DNA from: Oscillospiraceae bacterium
GTDB taxonomy: Bacteria; Bacillota; Clostridia; Saccharofermentanales; Saccharofermentanaceae
Length of the DNA: 64,000 nucleotides
Direction: 5' to 3'
Assembly (NCBI GenBank): GCA_015069205.1
Contig: SVIZ01000010.1
Coordinates: 15,938 to 79,937 of the forward strand
This document shows positions 9,257 through 19,655 of this stretch, piece after piece (position 1 is the first letter of the stretch; each line of letters starts with the position of its first letter). The notes beneath the pieces were generated by a model. It ran no database searches. It was given only the letters and a program-made list of their open reading frames with translations, and was not told where the DNA came from. The translations under genes were made by a program, and so were the position numbers.

Positions 9257-10612
9257 ATGGCCATACACGAGGAATGCGGAATATTCGGAATTCACGGCAG
9301 TGAGTACTGCGCCAGTGATGTTTACTACGGACTTTTCAGTCTCCAGCACAGGGGACAGGAGAGTTGCGGCATCGCGACCAATGATGATGCGTCTATCGAA
9401 TGCGTCAAGGGTATGGGACTTGTCAGCGACGTCTTAAGCAATGACAAGATCAAGAATCTCAAAGGCGATATCGCGATCGGCCACGTAAGATATTCCACCG
9501 CAGGAGGCAGTGTTCCGGAGAATGCACAGCCTATCGTTACCCAGTATTCAAAGGGTACTCTTTCCATTGCACATAACGGAAATCTCACCAATGCCATCGA
9601 ACTCAAAAGAGAGCTCGAGGATAAGGGAGCCATTTTCCATACGACCACCGATTCGGAGGTCATCGCATATCTCATCGCAAGCAAGAGATCTTCCACACCT
9701 TCTGTTGAAGAAGCTGTAAAGGAAGTCATGGGGATCATCAAGGGTGGTTATGCGCTCCTGGTAATGAGCCCCAGAAAACTCATTGCTGCAAGAGACCCGT
9801 TCGGATTGAAGCCCCTTGTCATGGGCAAGCTCGACAATGCCACGATTTTCTGTTCCGAGACATGCGCTCTTGAAGCGGTGGGCGCTGAGTTTATCAGAGA
9901 CATAAACCCCGGTGAGATTGTTGTTGTCGAAGACGGCAATATCAGATCAATAGATTCCGGCATCAAGCGCGGCATGAAGAAATGCGTTTTCGAATATATC
10001 TATTTTGCAAGACCTGACTCCGTTATCGACGGTATCTCCGTTGCCATGGCAAGAAGGGAAGCAGGAAGGATCCTTGCAAGAAAGCATTCCTGTGACTGTG
10101 ACATCGTAATCGGTGTTCCGGAGTCAGGAATCGATGCGGCATTGGGTTTTTCCGCCGAGTCGGGCATCCCTTACGAGAAGGGCTTCGTTAAGAATTCCTA
10201 TGTCGGAAGAACATTCATCAAGCCTTCACAGGAACAGCGTAAACAGGCTGTTAAGATCAAGCTCAATCCCATCTCTGCCGTAGTTAAGGGCAAGAGAGTT
10301 GTAATAATCGACGACTCGATCGTTAGAGGAAATACGATCGCAAATCAGGTCAACATGTTAAGGAATGCGGGAGCTGTGGAAGTCCATGTAAGGATCAGTT
10401 CTCCGCCGTTCATGCACCCCTGTTATTATGGTACTGACGTACCCGATGAGGAGCATCTTATCGCATGCAGTCACACAATCCCTGAAATTTGTGGCATAAT
10501 AGGTGCCGATTCTTTAGGTTATCTTGATACTGAAGATCTGGACGCAATGCTTGGTGGGGATGGTTTCAGATATTGCGACGCGTGCTTCACTGGTAACTAT
10601 CCGGAGCGATAA
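9257..10612 (+). CDS. purF: Amidophosphoribosyltransferase
   Basis: EECGIFG propeptide/Cys, LQHRGQE, GHVRYST, PRPP motif VVIIDDSIVRGNT. Confidence 0.97.
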   Translation: MAIHEECGIFGIHGSEYCASDVYYGLFSLQHRGQESCGIATNDDASIECVKGMGLVSDVLSNDKIKNLKGDIAIGHVRYSTAGGSVPENAQPIVTQYSKGTLSIAHNGNLTNAIELKRELEDKGAIFHTTTDSEVIAYLIASKRSSTPSVEEAVKEVMGIIKGGYALLVMSPRKLIAARDPFGLKPLVMGKLDNATIFCSETCALEAVGAEFIRDINPGEIVVVEDGNIRSIDSGIKRGMKKCVFEYIYFARPDSVIDGISVAMARREAGRILARKHSCDCDIVIGVPESGIDAALGFSAESGIPYEKGFVKNSYVGRTFIKPSQEQRKQAVKIKLNPISAVVKGKRVVIIDDSIVRGNTIANQVNMLRNAGAVEVHVRISSPPFMHPCYYGTDVPDEEHLIACSHTIPEICGIIGADSLGYLDTEDLDAMLGGDGFRYCDACFTGNYPER

Positions 10613-10624
10613 AGGGGCTTCTAA

Positions 10625-12127
10625 ATGCAAAACGAAGAGTTCTCCAAAAGAGGACACGAGAAAGCGCGGGTAAGATCCGCTGATGCCGCAGTGAAAAAAG
10701 CTGTGGAGCATGAAGCTGCGCTCGAACGCAAGACAGCGAAAAAAGCCAGATCTACCGCTAAGCACCTTAAACCGGCAAATACAAAGAGCGCTCACGCGCG
10801 TACAAAGCGTGTCAGCACAAAAGAACTTTACGGCATCAAGAAAAGACACAAGGGTCTGATACCGCTTGTTGTCATATTCATTTTATTGCTTATTGTTTTC
10901 GGCGTTGAATACATGGCGATCTCTATCTACGACCAGGATACTGCTATGCTCGTGCGTGAGAACACTATAGAAGCGGGACAGACTGCAGACCTGGGCATGT
11001 ATGTCAAAGGTGAGCCGGCTTTCCCTCAGTATGTATATTCCAATCTGGATTTTTCGACAGTAAATTACACTATCCCTCAGACTATAAGATTTACCGTAAC
11101 TTTTTACGGCACTCACTTCCCCTGCGTTCTTGAGATCGTAGATACGACTGCACCTGTCGCAGAGGGAATACCGCAGAAGTTTTATTCAACGGATCCGCTC
11201 CCTCCGGTCGAAGAATGCATTAAAGATGTTTACGATCTTAATGACACGATCGTTGAGTGGGAGGAGATCCCGGATTATACATGGGGCGGATATTTCACCG
11301 CTAAGGCACGCATAACTGATGCAGCCGGCAATGTGACTATAGTTGACGTTCCGCTTACCGTAACAAGAGACATAAGACCGCCTGTCATAGAAGGACCTGA
11401 AGACATCGAAGTCTTTATCGGTGACTCGATCTCTTATATGGAAAACGTCACGGTAACAGATGACCTTGATCCGAATCCGACTCTTGAAGTTGATACCAGC
11501 GGAGTAGTTTTCGACGAGGAAGGAACTTATGAAGTCATTTACAGGGCGCGTGATCTGACGGGCAATGTATCAGAGGTGTCGATCTGGCTTACTTTGAACG
11601 AGAAGCCTGACACATGGGTCGATCCTGAAATAGTCTATGAAGAAGCGCGTGACGTCCTGAACAGCATTACCTGGGATGACATGAGCGACATGGAAGTTGC
11701 CATCCAGATCACATGGTGGGTCAGATACAATGTCCACTATGTTTCCGTCTGCGATGACACCAACTGGACGAGAGCGGCATATGACGGATTAACAAAGCGT
11801 TCGGGCAACTGTTACGTTTTCGCAATGACCGCAAAGGCGCTTTTCGATGTTGCCGGAATAGAAAACATGATCATTATCAGAGACCCTTATATCTATAATC
11901 CGCACTTCTGGAATTACATCCAGATCGACGGTGAGTGGTATCACTGCGATTCGACTCCGAGAATGGGATATGACGGTTATTTCTTCATGTTGACCACAGA
12001 TGAATTGCGTGACGTTTGGGAAGGCGGATGGAACGGGTATAATTTCGATGAGGACCTTTATCCGGAATCAGCTACGGACTCGGTCCAGTACATGATCAAT
12101 TACGGAAGTCACAGCATAAGTGGATAG
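10625..12127 (+). CDS. Membrane-anchored Ig-like-repeat / transglutaminase-like cysteine protease (paralog A)
   Basis: Basic N-tail, single TM (LIPLVVIFILLLIVFGV), DTTAP/DIRPPVI Ig-like repeats, triad GNCY...HFWN...WYHCD. Confidence 0.8.
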   Translation: MQNEEFSKRGHEKARVRSADAAVKKAVEHEAALERKTAKKARSTAKHLKPANTKSAHARTKRVSTKELYGIKKRHKGLIPLVVIFILLLIVFGVEYMAISIYDQDTAMLVRENTIEAGQTADLGMYVKGEPAFPQYVYSNLDFSTVNYTIPQTIRFTVTFYGTHFPCVLEIVDTTAPVAEGIPQKFYSTDPLPPVEECIKDVYDLNDTIVEWEEIPDYTWGGYFTAKARITDAAGNVTIVDVPLTVTRDIRPPVIEGPEDIEVFIGDSISYMENVTVTDDLDPNPTLEVDTSGVVFDEEGTYEVIYRARDLTGNVSEVSIWLTLNEKPDTWVDPEIVYEEARDVLNSITWDDMSDMEVAIQITWWVRYNVHYVSVCDDTNWTRAAYDGLTKRSGNCYVFAMTAKALFDVAGIENMIIIRDPYIYNPHFWNYIQIDGEWYHCDSTPRMGYDGYFFMLTTDELRDVWEGGWNGYNFDEDLYPESATDSVQYMINYGSHSISG

Positions 12128-13715
12128 TATGAATAACCAAAACGGCGGAACAAACAGACATCCTGAAGCGAGGCAGAATGCCCGCCCGGTGCAGAGAAGA
12201 CCTGTTAATTCCGGAAGCGCACCTGTAAATCATCCGTCAGGACAAAGAAGGCCGCCTGTTCAAAATGCTGGAAGATCTGTTCCGCAGCGTCCCGTTCAGA
12301 GACAGCAGAATGTTCAGCATAAGCCCCAGCCTGCCAAAGCGGCACCTTCGAAAAATGCCCGTCCGAATGCTCCTGTTAATGCAAAGCGCACTCCGCCCAA
12401 AAAGGTACAGCAAAAGCCTGTAAAGGCTTCGAAAGGTCTCATCGGACTTCTTGCCGGCGCAGCAGTTATTCTCGTGCTTGTAGTGCTTGTTGCAGTAGTC
12501 ATAAATTTCTATCAGAAAGAGACGGCACTTCTTAAAAACGAAGTAACGATAGAAGCGGGTACGGTAAGGCCGGACATTAACATGTACTTCGACGGCGAAC
12601 TTACTTTCCCGGATCTTATGAAGTGCAATCTGAATTTTGATGAGGTCAACATCAATCTTCCCCAGACAGTGAATTTCAACATAAATATTTACGGATTAAA
12701 CTATCCGTGCAAGCTCTATATTGTCGATACGATTCCTCCGACAGGTGAGGGCGTAGCTCAGGAAATGTTCGCAGGCCAGGAACTTCCGGATGCACTGTCA
12801 TGCATTACAAACATCAACGATGTAACGGATGTCTCCGCATATTGGAAAGACGTTCCCGATCTGTCCTACGGCGGCAATTTCTTCCTTAATGCATTTCTTG
12901 TTGATGCGGCCGGCAATGAGACACCCGTAACCGTTCCTTTCAAGGTGACCAAAGACTCCACTCCTCCGGAGATAAAGGGCGCACTGGATCTTGAAGTTTA
13001 TATAGGAGATTCGGTCACATACCTCAGCACCCTTATCGTAACTGACGATTACGATCCTGAGCCGGTTGTTACGGTCGATAATTCAGCTGTTAACGTTGAA
13101 GAGGAGGGCGTTTACGAGGTTATCTATACTGCCACTGATTTTTCAGGCAACAGCACTTCGGTAAGCGTTGATCTTACGGTAAAGGAAAAGCCTGAAGGAT
13201 ATATCGAACCTGAGGAAGTGTATGAACTTGCCAGAGAGATCTTAGATGAGATCACCGAACCCGGCATGACTGAAGAAGAGATCGCATTGCAGATCGTCTG
13301 GTGGTGCAGATACAACATCAAGTTTATCTTAAAGACAAACAGCGATTCCTGGACTGAGGCAGCTTATAACGCGTTTATCAACCGCACAGGCAACTGCTAC
13401 TCGACGGTGTATGCGGTAAAGGTCCTGCTCGATGTCGCAGGGATCGAGAACATGATCATCGAGAGATGGCCTTATGAGACTGCAACCCATTTCTGGAACT
13501 ACGTCAAATTAAACGGCCAGTGGTACCACTGTGATGCCACATGGCGTGAAGGATATGACAGTTATTTCTTCATGTACACGACGAAGGAACTCCAGAATTT
13601 CTGGCAGGGCGGATGGAACGGATTCCAGTACAGGGTGGACGACTATCCCGAGAGTGCGACTGAGTCCGTGCAAAGCAGAATAGATTATAGGAATCATACG
13701 ATTAAAGAACAGTGA
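12120..13715 (+). CDS. Membrane-anchored Ig-like-repeat / transglutaminase-like protein (paralog B)
   Basis: Q/P/N/R-rich N-tail, TM, Ig-like repeats, triad GNCY...HFWN...WYHCD. Confidence 0.8.
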   Translation: MDSMNNQNGGTNRHPEARQNARPVQRRPVNSGSAPVNHPSGQRRPPVQNAGRSVPQRPVQRQQNVQHKPQPAKAAPSKNARPNAPVNAKRTPPKKVQQKPVKASKGLIGLLAGAAVILVLVVLVAVVINFYQKETALLKNEVTIEAGTVRPDINMYFDGELTFPDLMKCNLNFDEVNINLPQTVNFNINIYGLNYPCKLYIVDTIPPTGEGVAQEMFAGQELPDALSCITNINDVTDVSAYWKDVPDLSYGGNFFLNAFLVDAAGNETPVTVPFKVTKDSTPPEIKGALDLEVYIGDSVTYLSTLIVTDDYDPEPVVTVDNSAVNVEEEGVYEVIYTATDFSGNSTSVSVDLTVKEKPEGYIEPEEVYELAREILDEITEPGMTEEEIALQIVWWCRYNIKFILKTNSDSWTEAAYNAFINRTGNCYSTVYAVKVLLDVAGIENMIIERWPYETATHFWNYVKLNGQWYHCDATWREGYDSYFFMYTTKELQNFWQGGWNGFQYRVDDYPESATESVQSRIDYRNHTIKEQ

Positions 13716-13761
13716 TTATGCTATAATCCTTAAAAGCAAACACATTCCGGGAGAGTGTAAC

Positions 13762-14466
13762 GTGGATATTCTTTATATTGTTATGCCTGCATACAACGAA
13801 GAGGACAACATTCTTGATGTTGTTACTTCCTGGTATCCCATACTTGAAGGCAAAGATCCTGCTTCAAGACTTGTCATTGCCGACAGCGGAAGCGTAGACA
13901 GAACTCATGAGCTTCTGGAGAACTTCAAGAAAGACCACCCCCAGCTTGAGATCCTCTCGGATACCGGCAAACAGCATGGTCCGAAGGTTATTGCTCTTTA
14001 CGATTACGCTATCAAGAACGGCGCCGATTTTATCTTCCAGACTGATTCAGACGGACAGACTCTTCCTTCTGAATTCGATGCTTTCTGGCAGATGCGCCAC
14101 GGATATAAGGGCATTTTCGGCCACCGCGTAGTAAGAGGCGACGGTAAGTCCAGAGCATTTGTCGAGAAGGTTGTATGTTTCCTCCTCAAGTGTTATTTCC
14201 ACGTAAAGGTTCCGGATGCGAATGCACCGTTCAGACTCATGGATGCCAAGACGGTAGCCAAGTATCTTCCCAAGCTCGACAAGGATTACAACCTGCCGAA
14301 CATCATGATGACAACTTACTTTGTCCATTACGGCGAAGAGCATGCTTTCCGTGAAGTGACATTCAGACCCCGTCAGGGCGGTACAAACTCCATCAACATT
14401 AAAAAGATCGTCAAGATCGGCTGGAAAGCTTTAGGTGATTTCCGCCGTCTTAAAAAGGCAATGTAA
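13762..14466 (+). CDS. Family 2 glycosyltransferase (polyprenol-phosphate sugar synthase-like)
   Basis: IVMPAYNEE, DSGSVDRT, FQTDSDGQ, VPDANAPFRL, FRPRQGG. Confidence 0.88.
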   Translation: MDILYIVMPAYNEEDNILDVVTSWYPILEGKDPASRLVIADSGSVDRTHELLENFKKDHPQLEILSDTGKQHGPKVIALYDYAIKNGADFIFQTDSDGQTLPSEFDAFWQMRHGYKGIFGHRVVRGDGKSRAFVEKVVCFLLKCYFHVKVPDANAPFRLMDAKTVAKYLPKLDKDYNLPNIMMTTYFVHYGEEHAFREVTFRPRQGGTNSINIKKIVKIGWKALGDFRRLKKAM

Positions 14467-15566
14467 TGACGCAGTCCGCGAAAAAAGAATCCAAGACAAT
14501 AAAGAAAGTAATTATTGCGCTGGTTTTACTGGCGCTTACTTTTGGAATCCTCGGGTTTATCCAAAAGCTTCTGATGCCCAAGTATCAGAAGGGCGTTATC
14601 GAGGGTTCTTTTACCGAAGAATATTACAAGGAAAAGGTGCCTCATGACGTAATCATCTTTGGCGACTGCGATGCATATGAGAGTTTTTCACCTATCAAGA
14701 TGTATGAGGAATACGGGATCTCATCTTATATCAGAGGTTCCGGTGAGCAGTATATCTGCCAGTCTTATTACCTCCTGAAGGACGTTTTAAGGACAGAGAC
14801 TCCGAAGGTGGTAGTACTTTCAGTTCACAACCTCCAGCACGATGTTCCGCGCAACGAGGCGTATAACAGAATGACCTTGGACGGCATGAGATGGTCCAAG
14901 GATAAGGTCGATGCGATCAATGTTTCAATGACGGAAGGGGAGACCTTTGTTTCCTATGTATTCCCGATACTCCGTTACCATGACAGATGGAATAAGCTGA
15001 CCAAAACGGATATCGAGCATGTTTTCTCAAAGGACATCACTTCACATAACGGCTATTACATGCGTTGTGACGTCAAACCGATGAGCCAGTTCCCTCCGAT
15101 GCCGCTCAGGCCCGATTACAGCTTCGGCGATAATGCCATGTACTATCTTGACCAGATCAGGGTCCTTTGCGAGGAGAATGGCATTGAGCTCCTTCTGGTC
15201 CGTGCTCCGATCGAGTACAAATGGTACCCGGAGTGGGATGAGAATGTGCAGAACTATGCCGACCAGTATGGGCTTACCTATATTAATTTCAACGATTATG
15301 CGGATGAGATGGGGCTCGATATGAGCGTCGATACTTACGATGCAGGCATTCATCTTAATCTCTTCGGCGCCGAGAAGCTCAGCATTTTCTTCGGTCAGTA
15401 CCTGGTCGACAATTATGACCTGACTGATTACAGGACCGTTCCCGCCGTAGCTGCCGAATACGAAAAGGACATCCAATTCTATAACGATATGAGAGACGAC
15501 CAGCTGTATGAGATCGCCACCTATGGTGAGCTTAAGAGCTATGGTCTTGCCGCCGTTGAAAATTAA
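14466..15566 (+). CDS. Membrane-anchored SGNH-fold protein (DltD/AlgX-like)
   Basis: N-terminal TM; block I IIFGDCDAY and block V TYDAGIHLN. Confidence 0.7.
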   Translation: MTQSAKKESKTIKKVIIALVLLALTFGILGFIQKLLMPKYQKGVIEGSFTEEYYKEKVPHDVIIFGDCDAYESFSPIKMYEEYGISSYIRGSGEQYICQSYYLLKDVLRTETPKVVVLSVHNLQHDVPRNEAYNRMTLDGMRWSKDKVDAINVSMTEGETFVSYVFPILRYHDRWNKLTKTDIEHVFSKDITSHNGYYMRCDVKPMSQFPPMPLRPDYSFGDNAMYYLDQIRVLCEENGIELLLVRAPIEYKWYPEWDENVQNYADQYGLTYINFNDYADEMGLDMSVDTYDAGIHLNLFGAEKLSIFFGQYLVDNYDLTDYRTVPAVAAEYEKDIQFYNDMRDDQLYEIATYGELKSYGLAAVEN

Positions 15567-15703
15567 CCTACTGATCTAATAATATAATTAGTCATTTTAG
15601 AGTAAAAAAATCTTGCATTATTCCCTAATTTTGTCATATGTGAGATACACGCTTGGTGTATCATATTGTGGTGTTAATTTAACGTTTTGGAGGATAAGGA
15701 GCA

Positions 15704-16249
15704 ATGAAAATTGTTAAAGCTGCCGCTCTTCTTATGAGTTTGAGCATTGTCGGTATGAGCCTCTGCGCATGCGCAGGTGAGCCTGAGCCGGTTTCTTCAG
15801 ATATCAACATCATTTCAACACAGGCACAGAATACAGGATCCGCTGTTGAGACATCAGCTGCTCCTTATGTTTTCGATTACAACAACTTCATCATCGGTAC
15901 CCCCATCGACAGATCCAAGTTGCCTGAGAACTACGATGAAGTTATGCAGGCTTCTTGTGCCGGCGTTGGTTTGGCAACAGTATTTTCCACTAACTCTTTT
16001 GAGGTAGAGCTCAGACTGGATTCTGATATCATTGCCCAGGTACGTCTTAAGGATGACACGGTATCCACTCCTGAGGGCATCAAGATCTCCGATACTCTTG
16101 ATGACGTAAAGAGAGTTTATGGTGAAGAACCCTTCCTTGAAACTAGCGGTGCCATTGAATATTCAATCGATAATTACAGAGTTCATTTCGAATTTGATAA
16201 TACAGGTAAGATTACATATATCTTCTATCTTGATCCAGAGTTCATTTAA
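15704..16249 (+). CDS. Lipoprotein of unknown function (paralog of 20969-21544)
   Basis: Lipobox SLCA-C; SCAGVG motif; TPEGIKISDTLDDVKRVYGE. Confidence 0.75.
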   Translation: MKIVKAAALLMSLSIVGMSLCACAGEPEPVSSDINIISTQAQNTGSAVETSAAPYVFDYNNFIIGTPIDRSKLPENYDEVMQASCAGVGLATVFSTNSFEVELRLDSDIIAQVRLKDDTVSTPEGIKISDTLDDVKRVYGEEPFLETSGAIEYSIDNYRVHFEFDNTGKITYIFYLDPEFI

Positions 16250-17610
16250 TGACTAGAGTAGGAAAGCAATCCAAGTTTACCCTTTCAAAGTTTCTGGGAG
16301 TGGTGTTTATGCCGCTTCTCGCAGGAGCTTTGTTAGGTTATACAGCGGCCTATTTTCTGTACTCCGGATTAATCAACAATATAGAGCAGGAGTGTCTCTC
16401 CCAGGTCGATATCGAGTATGGTCATCCGATCACACTCGATTGCTTTTTTACACAGATCCCGCCGAACACCAAGTTCATTACCAATGTCGATATGATCGAT
16501 ACGGGTATGCTCGCATCTTACGACATCGCAATCGATTGCGGCGGACATGTAGTACACTCTGTTCTTAACGTTGTTGACCGCACGGCTCCTACTGCCAATC
16601 CTGTTCCGCAGCACATGTATTCCGGTACTGCACCCGAGCCGAAGACTCTCGTAAAAGACGTTTGGGACATGACTGACGTTTGCTGCACATATAATGACGG
16701 TGAGCCTGATCTTACAAAGGGCGGCAAATATGATGTTAAAGTCAGACTTACCGATACGAGCGGCAACTATTCGATAATCGATGTTCCTTTCACGGTCATA
16801 AAGGATACGACAGCTCCGGTGATCATGGGCGCCTGCGATTTCGATGTTATGATCGGAAGCGAGTCCGTAGATTACATTGACGACATTATCGTTACAGACG
16901 ATTATTGCGAGAATCCGATCCTTGTCGTAGACAACTCACAGGTAAACCTCCACGTTGTAGGCGACTATCCTGTTACATATACAGCTTCCGATGATGTCGG
17001 AAACCAGTCTTCCGTTACCATAACCTTGCATGTCGTTATCATCGACAATGCCGAGATGACTTCAGCAGAGACCCAGGCATACGTTGAAGAAGCATATGCA
17101 ATGGCTGAAGAGATCCTCGATGACATTCTCTGGTATGAGGATACTGAAGTCGAGAAGGCAATGAAGATCTTCTACTGGGTACACAACAATATCAGCTTCA
17201 TGCTCAGCACTCCCCAGTACGACAACTGGGCAGTTGCCGCTATCAATACTTTCACCAAGAGATACTCATCCTGTTACGGAACTTGGGCTTGCTGTAAGGC
17301 GATGCTCGATGTGGCAGGAATCGAGAACTTATGCGTCGTAAGAGAACGTTCCAACAGTTGGGATAACTGGCACTACTGGTGTCTTGTAAAACTCAACGGA
17401 GAGTGGTGGCACTGTGATGCTCAGAAATACTTCAACGACTATACGCCGAAGGCATATTTCTGCTTCATGATGACCGACTACGAGATTATTCACGCTCCTA
17501 CAAATCACGATTTTGATGAGGATGCATATCCTGAGAGATCGACGGATTCTGTACAGAGCTATATTAATGTTTACCAGGGAACCATAGATTCGGATTTCCC
17601 TTATATTTAA
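16249..17610 (+). CDS. Membrane-anchored Ig-like-repeat / transglutaminase-like protein (paralog C)
   Basis: TM, DRTAP/DTTAPVI repeats, triad SSCY...HYWC...WWHCD. Confidence 0.8.
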   Translation: MTRVGKQSKFTLSKFLGVVFMPLLAGALLGYTAAYFLYSGLINNIEQECLSQVDIEYGHPITLDCFFTQIPPNTKFITNVDMIDTGMLASYDIAIDCGGHVVHSVLNVVDRTAPTANPVPQHMYSGTAPEPKTLVKDVWDMTDVCCTYNDGEPDLTKGGKYDVKVRLTDTSGNYSIIDVPFTVIKDTTAPVIMGACDFDVMIGSESVDYIDDIIVTDDYCENPILVVDNSQVNLHVVGDYPVTYTASDDVGNQSSVTITLHVVIIDNAEMTSAETQAYVEEAYAMAEEILDDILWYEDTEVEKAMKIFYWVHNNISFMLSTPQYDNWAVAAINTFTKRYSSCYGTWACCKAMLDVAGIENLCVVRERSNSWDNWHYWCLVKLNGEWWHCDAQKYFNDYTPKAYFCFMMTDYEIIHAPTNHDFDEDAYPERSTDSVQSYINVYQGTIDSDFPYI

Positions 17611-17646
17611 TAGCAAGAACTTTAATGGGGATTAAAGGAAAAAGTT

Positions 17647-19599
17647 ATGAAAAAGAACACAGAAAGAGGATTAACGCCGTTACCGGGTGATCAGGGTGCA
17701 AGAAGCGCCCGGACACCTTCAATCGGAGTTAACAGTACCCGGCAAAATTCAAACGGCTATTACAATGCCGGACAGGGTTATTCCGAACCGATAACCGAGA
17801 CTGATTATTTCCAGACATTTGAGGGCGAAGAGGATCCTTTGACAGGCATGGCAGCAGACTATGTTGCCGGAAGAAACTTAAGAAGTTCTGCCAAAGTAAA
17901 TGACGCCACGATGCTCTACAGCGGTAAGGTATCGCCTGACGGAACCAAGGTAAAGAAATCAGCAGCTGCTGCAAAAAAGACACCTTTAACCAAAAAGCAG
18001 ATCGCAATGCTTGCGGGTATCATCGTACTGGGTGTCGTTGCGATCGTATGCGGCATCATGTTGTTTACACCTGCCGCAGGAATCAATGCCTCTGTCAAGG
18101 AAGACGTTGTACTTGAAGCAGGTACAGCCATCACGCTTGATGCATTTTTCGATAACGTTCCCATGGATGCCGTATTCCTTACGGACATCTCCGGAATCGA
18201 TATTACGCAGCCTGCCGTATACCAGCTCAAGATCGGATACGGCCACAACAAAGTTGCTGATGTTGTCTTAAGGATCGAAGATCACACGGGACCCACGGGT
18301 GAGCCTGTTCCTCAGGAGATCTTCCTTAACTGGAAGATGCCTGAAGCAAAAGACTGCGTAGCAAATCTTTTCGATCTCTCAGGAGTTGCAAAGGTTTACT
18401 ATACTGAAGGAACGCCGAAGTTTACATCAGGCGGCACATACCAGGTATCTGTCTCCGCTACCGATGTTTACGGAAATACGACTCTTTTCCAGGTTCCTTT
18501 CAACATGATCGACGACCATACTCCTCCGGTTATCAAAGGTGTTCACGACCTTACTCTTGAAGGCAACCCTGACCAGCTTAACTTCTATGCGGGAGTAACG
18601 GTTACAGACGATTACGATCCGGATCCTGTCCTCAAGGTCGATGAATCACTCGTCAATTATACGAAGAGCGGAACTTACGATCTTGTATACAAGGCTATGG
18701 ATAAAGCCGGCAATATCTCTACTGCAAAGTGCAAGCTTACTATCAAAATGTCCGAAGAAGAAGAGGAAGAAGCTGCTTCAAATTCAAACACTGAAACAGG
18801 AACATATTATGTCGGTGACGGAGATCCTTATGCGCTTGCCGACAGTATCGTCTCAGGTCTCATCAGAGGCAACGATGTTGAGACTGCAAGAGCGATCTTC
18901 AACTGGGTCCACGACACTTTGTGGTTCAGACTTCTCTCCGGAACACCGGACTATGAAGATGCCGCATACAGAGGATTTACAAGACATAGCGGAGACTGTT
19001 TCGTTTACTATTCATGCTGCAAGATGCTTCTTGATGCTGCAGGCATCCCTAACATGAGGATTGAACGTTATCCGCAGTACAATGGAAACATTCACTACTG
19101 GCTTCTCGTAAAGCTTAACGGTGAGTGGTATCACTGTGATGCTACAGAAGGTTACAACGATCACCCGGGCGTATGGTTTATGTGCACGGATGACGAGATC
19201 GACGATAAGTATCACCAGTTCAACGGTTCGCTGTATCCTGCACGTGCAGGCGGTTCGTCGGAGTTCCTGGCATCACCTACGCCTACTCCTTCACCCACGC
19301 CTACGCCGTCAGCGTCTCCGTCACCTTCAGCAACTCCGACAGGTACCGAGTCTCCGTCGGTTTCACCTACTCCGACAGGCGCAGAGACGCCATCTCCTTC
19401 CATTTCACCTACTGAGTCGGAAACAGCTTCGCCGACACCTACCGAGTCAGAAATAAAGCCGGAGCCGACGCCGACTGAGTCAGAAACAGAACCGGAGCCG
19501 ACGCCGACTGAGTCAGAAACAGAGCCGGAGCCGACGCCGACGACACCGTCTGAATCTTCGGAAGATACACCTGCGCCTACACCGGTTGAGGGCGGCTAA
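17647..19599 (+). CDS. Membrane-anchored Ig-like-repeat / transglutaminase-like protein with Pro/Thr/Ser/Glu tail (paralog D)
   Basis: TM, DHTGP/DHTPPVI repeats, triad GDCF...HYWL...WYHCD, C-terminal PT/PS low-complexity tail. Confidence 0.8.
   Translation: MKKNTERGLTPLPGDQGARSARTPSIGVNSTRQNSNGYYNAGQGYSEPITETDYFQTFEGEEDPLTGMAADYVAGRNLRSSAKVNDATMLYSGKVSPDGTKVKKSAAAAKKTPLTKKQIAMLAGIIVLGVVAIVCGIMLFTPAAGINASVKEDVVLEAGTAITLDAFFDNVPMDAVFLTDISGIDITQPAVYQLKIGYGHNKVADVVLRIEDHTGPTGEPVPQEIFLNWKMPEAKDCVANLFDLSGVAKVYYTEGTPKFTSGGTYQVSVSATDVYGNTTLFQVPFNMIDDHTPPVIKGVHDLTLEGNPDQLNFYAGVTVTDDYDPDPVLKVDESLVNYTKSGTYDLVYKAMDKAGNISTAKCKLTIKMSEEEEEEAASNSNTETGTYYVGDGDPYALADSIVSGLIRGNDVETARAIFNWVHDTLWFRLLSGTPDYEDAAYRGFTRHSGDCFVYYSCCKMLLDAAGIPNMRIERYPQYNGNIHYWLLVKLNGEWYHCDATEGYNDHPGVWFMCTDDEIDDKYHQFNGSLYPARAGGSSEFLASPTPTPSPTPTPSASPSPSATPTGTESPSVSPTPTGAETPSPSISPTESETASPTPTESEIKPEPTPTESETEPEPTPTESETEPEPTPTTPSESSEDTPAPTPVEGG
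19459..19541 (+). repeat. 33-bp coding tandem repeat ([11 protein letters not shown]), about 2.5 copies
   Basis: CCGGAGCCGACGCCGACTGAGTCAGAAACAGAR at 19459 and 19492, partial copy at 19525. Confidence 0.9.
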
Positions 19600-19655
19600 T
19601 AGGGTCTGTCTAAATAAATAAAGAAAGTGTATTTAGTAATTAATTAATAATCCGT

